In this document: positions 59,614 through 64,000 of the stretch, one piece after another
Layout of the letters: every line of letters starts with the position of its first letter
Position numbering within the stretch: the first letter of the stretch is position 1
Virus record (IMG/VR): IMGVR_UViG_3300050821_001527
Coordinates: 128,001-192,000 of that record
Source: a virus
Taxonomy: Duplodnaviria; Caudoviricetes
Strand: one strand, 5' to 3'
DNA length: 64,000 nucleotides
The notes under the pieces: model-generated
What the model saw: only the letters and a program-made list of their open reading frames with translations
The model's database searches: none
What the model was told of the DNA's origin: nothing
Position numbers and translations under genes: made by a program

Positions 59614-61887
59614 ATGGCTTATGCCGTCGAGGTCAACAACCAGAAGCCAAGGACAGTGATGGTTGAACACAATGGTCTTTGGGCTGGACGTGTCGCCACT
59701 GATGTTGAGGGCGAACTGAGTGTTATCATCGCCAATGACAACGCTTTCGACTTGCTCCAAGGCCGTTCCCCGCTTCCTTACGTCAAAGACATTACCCCAA
59801 GCGAGGCGACCCGCAAAAGACTTGTTGAAATTGCCACCGCATGAACGCATTCGAGCAGGGCTATCAAGCTAACTTGCTCTCTGAAAACCCCTTTTGGAAG
59901 GACTATCCTAACCAGAAAACCCCGGACGACGAAAAGATTCGAGCGTGGCAATGGGTGGACGGTTACGTGCAGAAAATCATTGACAATCACTGACAACCTT
60001 GATAGTCTCATTCTATGCTTGACATTCCCAAAGGCACAAACATCTATCGTGCGGCTGAAATGGCCGTTGCGGAAGCCCGTCGTTTCCGTATGGAAGTGCA
60101 GTTCGAGTTTAACGAGATTTACTTGAGCGTTTCCCCGCTTTCCTGCGCCGACGATATTGCCGTCATCTACAGCCTGAAATCTGAAATCCGCCGTTTAAAG
60201 GCTTGACAAACACTGAAAGAGCCGTTAAGGTCTAATCATGTTCTTCCTCGAAAAATTCAAAATCCGCGAATGGGGACAGGTCATTCGTGACGGCAACGAC
60301 AAGTTGGTGTTGTTGTATGGCGGCGACCCTATCGCCTTCATCAATCACCGCTGTATGTATATCCGTCGTGCCCCGCTTGGTAAGAACGACGATTTGACCC
60401 AAACCATCGCCGATTTTTCCAAAATGTATAAGCATTGGATTGAGTCCACGGTTATGGAGGACTCGGCTATCACCAATCTGACAATCTCAAACTGATGAAA
60501 AACATCGTCAAAACCCTCGTCCAACTCGCCCTGCAAGCCGAACCCCTTCGTCGCCAGATTGATGAACAGGTCAAAAGGGTGGCTATCGAATGGTCGCAGG
60601 CTGATTCGTGGCGTTACCAGCATGGTGTTGACCGTCCCACCAAAACCGATTCGATTAACTCATGGAGCATTGACGGGGGCGGCATGGTGACTGTCCGCTG
60701 GTCGGAAACGTGGAACTACGGCGGCTATGCCGATGGTGACTTTGACTTTCCCGCGAAGTATATCTATGACGCTGACGCCCTCGTCCAGTGGACGCAGGAC
60801 TGTCGCGCCGTTCAGAAGTCCAATGAGGCCGACGAAGCCGCAAGGCAGCGTGAGATTGACAGGGCGCAGTTGGAACGTTTACAGGCGAAACTGGCACAGG
60901 CTTGATTATGGAAAAAGACCGCAAAGATTGGACGTTTGAGGAACTGAATTTGCATTGCTGCAAAATCATCTTGGAGCATCTGTTGAACGGCTCGTTTAAA
61001 ACGGGCGTCTATATGGCCCTCCAAGTCGCCGTCATGTGGCACGATGAACAGAAACCACAAACAGAGCTTGACAAGAGGCGAAACAGTCGTTAAGGTTATT
61101 CTATGCCGAATAATCCGTTAGTCAAAAGCCGCATTCTTTTAAATCCGATGAACGAAAAGTCTTTTTCTCACGTCTCCCGTTGGGGCACTGAGTTCCAATC
61201 GTTTCGTTGCGATTTTCGTAACGGAGTGGCGGTTAAGAATGCTCCGAAGGATAAGGCTAAACTTGCGAGCGACGTAGCTGAAATGATTGGTTATCATTCT
61301 GTCGCAATCTGGCCCAACTTGAACGGGTTTCAGGGCTATGACTGCATCCAGTGGGCGTTTATATGAAGTGGAGTAAGACCAGACCCAAGACGGTAGGCCA
61401 TTACTGGTTTCAGGATGGCCTGACGAACAACCCAAGGATACTTCGTGTGACCAAGGAAGATGGTAAACTTTGGGCACAGGACGAGGAAATCAGTTGCTCT
61501 TTCAAGCCGGGAAGTAAAATCACAGACCCGGATGACCTTGAGGAATGGGGCAGCGAACCCATCCCCGAACCGACGGAATAAAAATTCAATTTAATGAAAA
61601 TCCATCGCTACAGGAAAACCGTTTACCGCTCCTTCAAGGGCCGTATCATCTGGAAAGACTCGGAAGGGTATTTCATTGATGGCTGGCCTTTCGAGGGCGT
61701 TAATGGTCTGCGCTTTTCCAGTCTTAGGAAAGTGAGAGTGGCGATTAGATTGTGGATAACCTTCTGCATGAACGTCTTTAAGCTCAACCGCTACCTGAAC
61801 ATGCTAACGGTTGACCCGAGCAACTACAGTGGTTGTTATGGGAAATTCATTAGCATTGAGAAACTCGAAAAACTTGTCAAACGATGA
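59614..61887 (+). CDS. Run of short hypothetical ORFs (59614-59844, 60015-60206, 60238-60495, 60495-60905, 60908-61093, 61103-61366, 61363-61581, 61594-61887)
   Basis: Co-directional; promoters at 59980, 60203, 61068 each 6 nt before ATG. Confidence 0.6.
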
Positions 61888-62423
61888 AAAACCTAGCCTC
61901 CCATGACGAATCCCCGGAAAACGTCGCCTCGACGGACACCGCCCTGATTGCCGAACTGACTGCTGCGGGCATCCCCTGCGAAATCCAGCCGAAACAGGTT
62001 GGTGGCGAAGTCCAGACCCGAGTGATGGGCAAGGCCGGGAACTTCGTCTTTGACCGTCGTTGGTATTATTGGGCGGTTGACGGGCGAGTCCCGCTGGAAG
62101 TAGCCAAGGAAATCTACGCCCTTGACTCAGGGAAGGTCGTTCGCGTTTCCGGTCACTGTATGGCTCCCACGCCCGAAGAATGGGCCATAGCCTACGAGGA
62201 CGCCACCGGACGCATGGTGGTGGATGACGTGGAATGGGAAAAGGGACTCAAGATGTTCAGTGGCGAGCATTGGAAGGATACTTTGGTCAGGTGGAACACG
62301 GAACACGTCCCGCAAAGCAAGGCCGGGGCATCCTCGACCTTCGTGACTTCGTATCATATTGACACGCAGGAGGGTTTGAACCTGTTTACGTCGGTGCTAC
62401 GCAAGCACAAACTAATCCCTTGA
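61884..62423 (+). CDS. Hypothetical protein
   Basis: 179 aa ORF. Confidence 0.75.
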   Translation: MKNLASHDESPENVASTDTALIAELTAAGIPCEIQPKQVGGEVQTRVMGKAGNFVFDRRWYYWAVDGRVPLEVAKEIYALDSGKVVRVSGHCMAPTPEEWAIAYEDATGRMVVDDVEWEKGLKMFSGEHWKDTLVRWNTEHVPQSKAGASSTFVTSYHIDTQEGLNLFTSVLRKHKLIP

Positions 62424-62453
62424 CACAGGTGCAATTTTTGATAGGATGATTAT

Positions 62454-63375
62454 ATGCTAGAGACTTTCTGGAAAAGCAAACGCGCCAATTACCGTGTCAT
62501 CCTCAAAAGCGGGGCGGATTATCGCTTGAGCGCGGAAAATTGCAAAATCAAATGGAACGAAGCAACCGGGAGTTTAATTTCCTATGAGTTTATCAGGCCC
62601 AAGGGCGAGGTTCCGTTCCATTGTTCGCCGCTTGAAATCGCCGCAATTCTTAAATTGGCTTGACAGCAATCGAAAATCAGGTAGGATAACTATATGACGC
62701 GAGACATTCCACTCTATCCAGACCGAACGCCAACCGAGGAAGGTCACTACATCTTCAAGGGTAAGTATTCCGGTCATGTGGAGTTGATTCATGTGCTGAA
62801 TGCTGTGGGTTTTCGCGGCACCTATCTTGGGATTGTGAGTCATCGTGGCCGAAACGTCCTCGCGCTCCAAGGTTCGTTCAGCGAGAAACTCAACTTCCCC
62901 GTCCAATAAAATTCAATTTATATATGAGCAAGAACAAAGAACTCGCCCTCCGTGGACTCAGTTACCTTCGTGGTGACGATTTGGAACGTGCCCGTGCCGC
63001 CTTTCGCGGACTGACTTCAAGGCAAATGCAGGAGCAGTATGGCCAGAGTGGGCAGACGCGCCAGCAAATTCTCGACGGGTATGAACAACACGCCCGCGAA
63101 GTCGAAGGGGCTGTTGCTTGGGTGAACGCTCAACGCGATTAACCATGAAGATTGTTGATTTTCAAATCCGTTTCGTGCTGGAATGTCCTGTCTATGACGG
63201 GGCCGGGAAGGTTTGGCGAGTGCTGAACCTGAATACCGGGACAGTCTATTCCAACGCATACGAGACGGTTCACGCCGCCCGTAAGTCAATCGCCGTCGGC
63301 GAAGTGCGCGGGGGCTTGACTGTCAAGGCAGTTGACCTTCCCTACCTTTGCTCGCTCGTTGAACAGGATAACTAA
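62454..63375 (+). CDS. Four short hypothetical ORFs (62454-62663, 62694-62909, 62924-63142, 63145-63375)
   Basis: Promoters at 62420 and 62660; ATTCAATTTA at 62911. Confidence 0.6.
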
Positions 63376-63376
63376 T

Positions 63377-63571
63377 ATGTCGTGGTGTCTTTTCAAACAT
63401 AATTGGAGCAAGTGGGGCAGAGTCCTCCCTTTGCATCACAGCTACGAAGCCATTCAAACGCGCCGTTGTTGGGACTGCGGTGCCGTCCAAACTCGCAAGA
63501 TAAAGAGCGAAGTCGGTTTCGCCCACGCACAAAATTTACAACAAATCAACCAGCAACACAACATACCATGA
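63377..63571 (+). CDS. Small HxWxKW...RxCxxCG protein
   Basis: HNWSKW...RRCWDCGAVQ. Confidence 0.65.
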   Translation: MSWCLFKHNWSKWGRVLPLHHSYEAIQTRRCWDCGAVQTRKIKSEVGFAHAQNLQQINQQHNIP

Positions 63572-63759
63572 ACCCACTCCGTCGCCTTTACATCGCCATC
63601 TTCAAGCCTACTCGCGTCGTTGACTCGCAACTCATGTCTTTTTCCGAGGCCGACATTCTGATTCGTGCCGGTTTCGGCTGGCAACTCGCCAAGACCGACG
63701 AGGCTCTGTTGGAGGAAAACATGACTTGGGTTGAGAAACGCGAACCAATCACGCAATGA
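63568..63759 (+). CDS. Hypothetical protein
   Basis: Overlap chain. Confidence 0.5.
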   Translation: MNPLRRLYIAIFKPTRVVDSQLMSFSEADILIRAGFGWQLAKTDEALLEENMTWVEKREPITQ

Positions 63760-64000
63760 AAATGACACCCAAGCAACGCAGGCTCTATGATGGCCTGACG
63801 CGCAAGCAGAAAGTCATCTTCGACTCGGCCTTGGAAAGCTTTCCGGCCAGCAAGTTCGACTCGCTCTACGATATTGCCATACAGGGCGGCGTGAAGTGGG
63901 ATTTCAAGGGCCGATATTAAATTCAATTTATATGGACGCCAGAAGTAGAATGTTTTTCAACTGCACAATGTCGTTTATGATTGGGGCTATCATTATCGAA

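Noticed and set aside
262-63768. Many minus-strand ORFs, e.g. 1722-2393, 18001-18936, 25239-26015, 36733-37608, 38321-39160, 48720-49733, 51312-52139
   Set aside because: Antisense shadows of well-supported + strand genes with no family motifs; only the two HNH genes are accepted on the minus strand
1-64000. Stop-codon recoding
   Set aside because: Conserved genes are full length, and TAA, TGA and TAG (9838, 24361) all end genes; no suppressor tRNA seen
1-64000. CRISPR array, reverse transcriptase/DGR/retron, inteins
   Set aside because: No repeat-spacer periodicity, no YxDD RT, and no intein-sized insertions in ThyA, RtcB, ligase or rIIA

Overview
This window looks like part of a large tailed-phage genome. 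It is ~50% GC, uses the standard code, and almost every gene is on the + strand. The phage call rests on rIIA/rIIB, ThyA, DHFR, dUTPase, dCMP deaminase, an ATP-dependent DNA ligase, RtcB, free-standing homing endonucleases and >100 short hypothetical ORFs. No structural, terminase or polymerase genes are visible. The window has four serine tRNAs (GCT, CGA, TGA, GGA) and several non-canonical tRNA-like RNAs: a D-armless Arg(CCT), an Ile(AAT) cloverleaf with a 128-nt structured insert, a Leu-type shell with ~220 nt in place of the anticodon arm, a CCA-ending tmRNA-TLD-like RNA, and degenerate Gln/Ile elements. A ~265-nt structured ncRNA sits directly before a GIY-YIG gene. An orphan MunI-like restriction endonuclease is present, and its site CAATTG appears absent from the window; GATC also appears absent. 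About 35 sigma70-type promoters occur, most with a spacer GAAA, and 22 have a start codon exactly 6 nt after the -10 box, suggesting leaderless mRNAs. A second recurring motif, ATTCAATWWAT, precedes other starts. All calls are by eye from sequence and recalled family motifs; no searches or folding programs were run. Host is uncertain, with one weak clue for Verrucomicrobiota.
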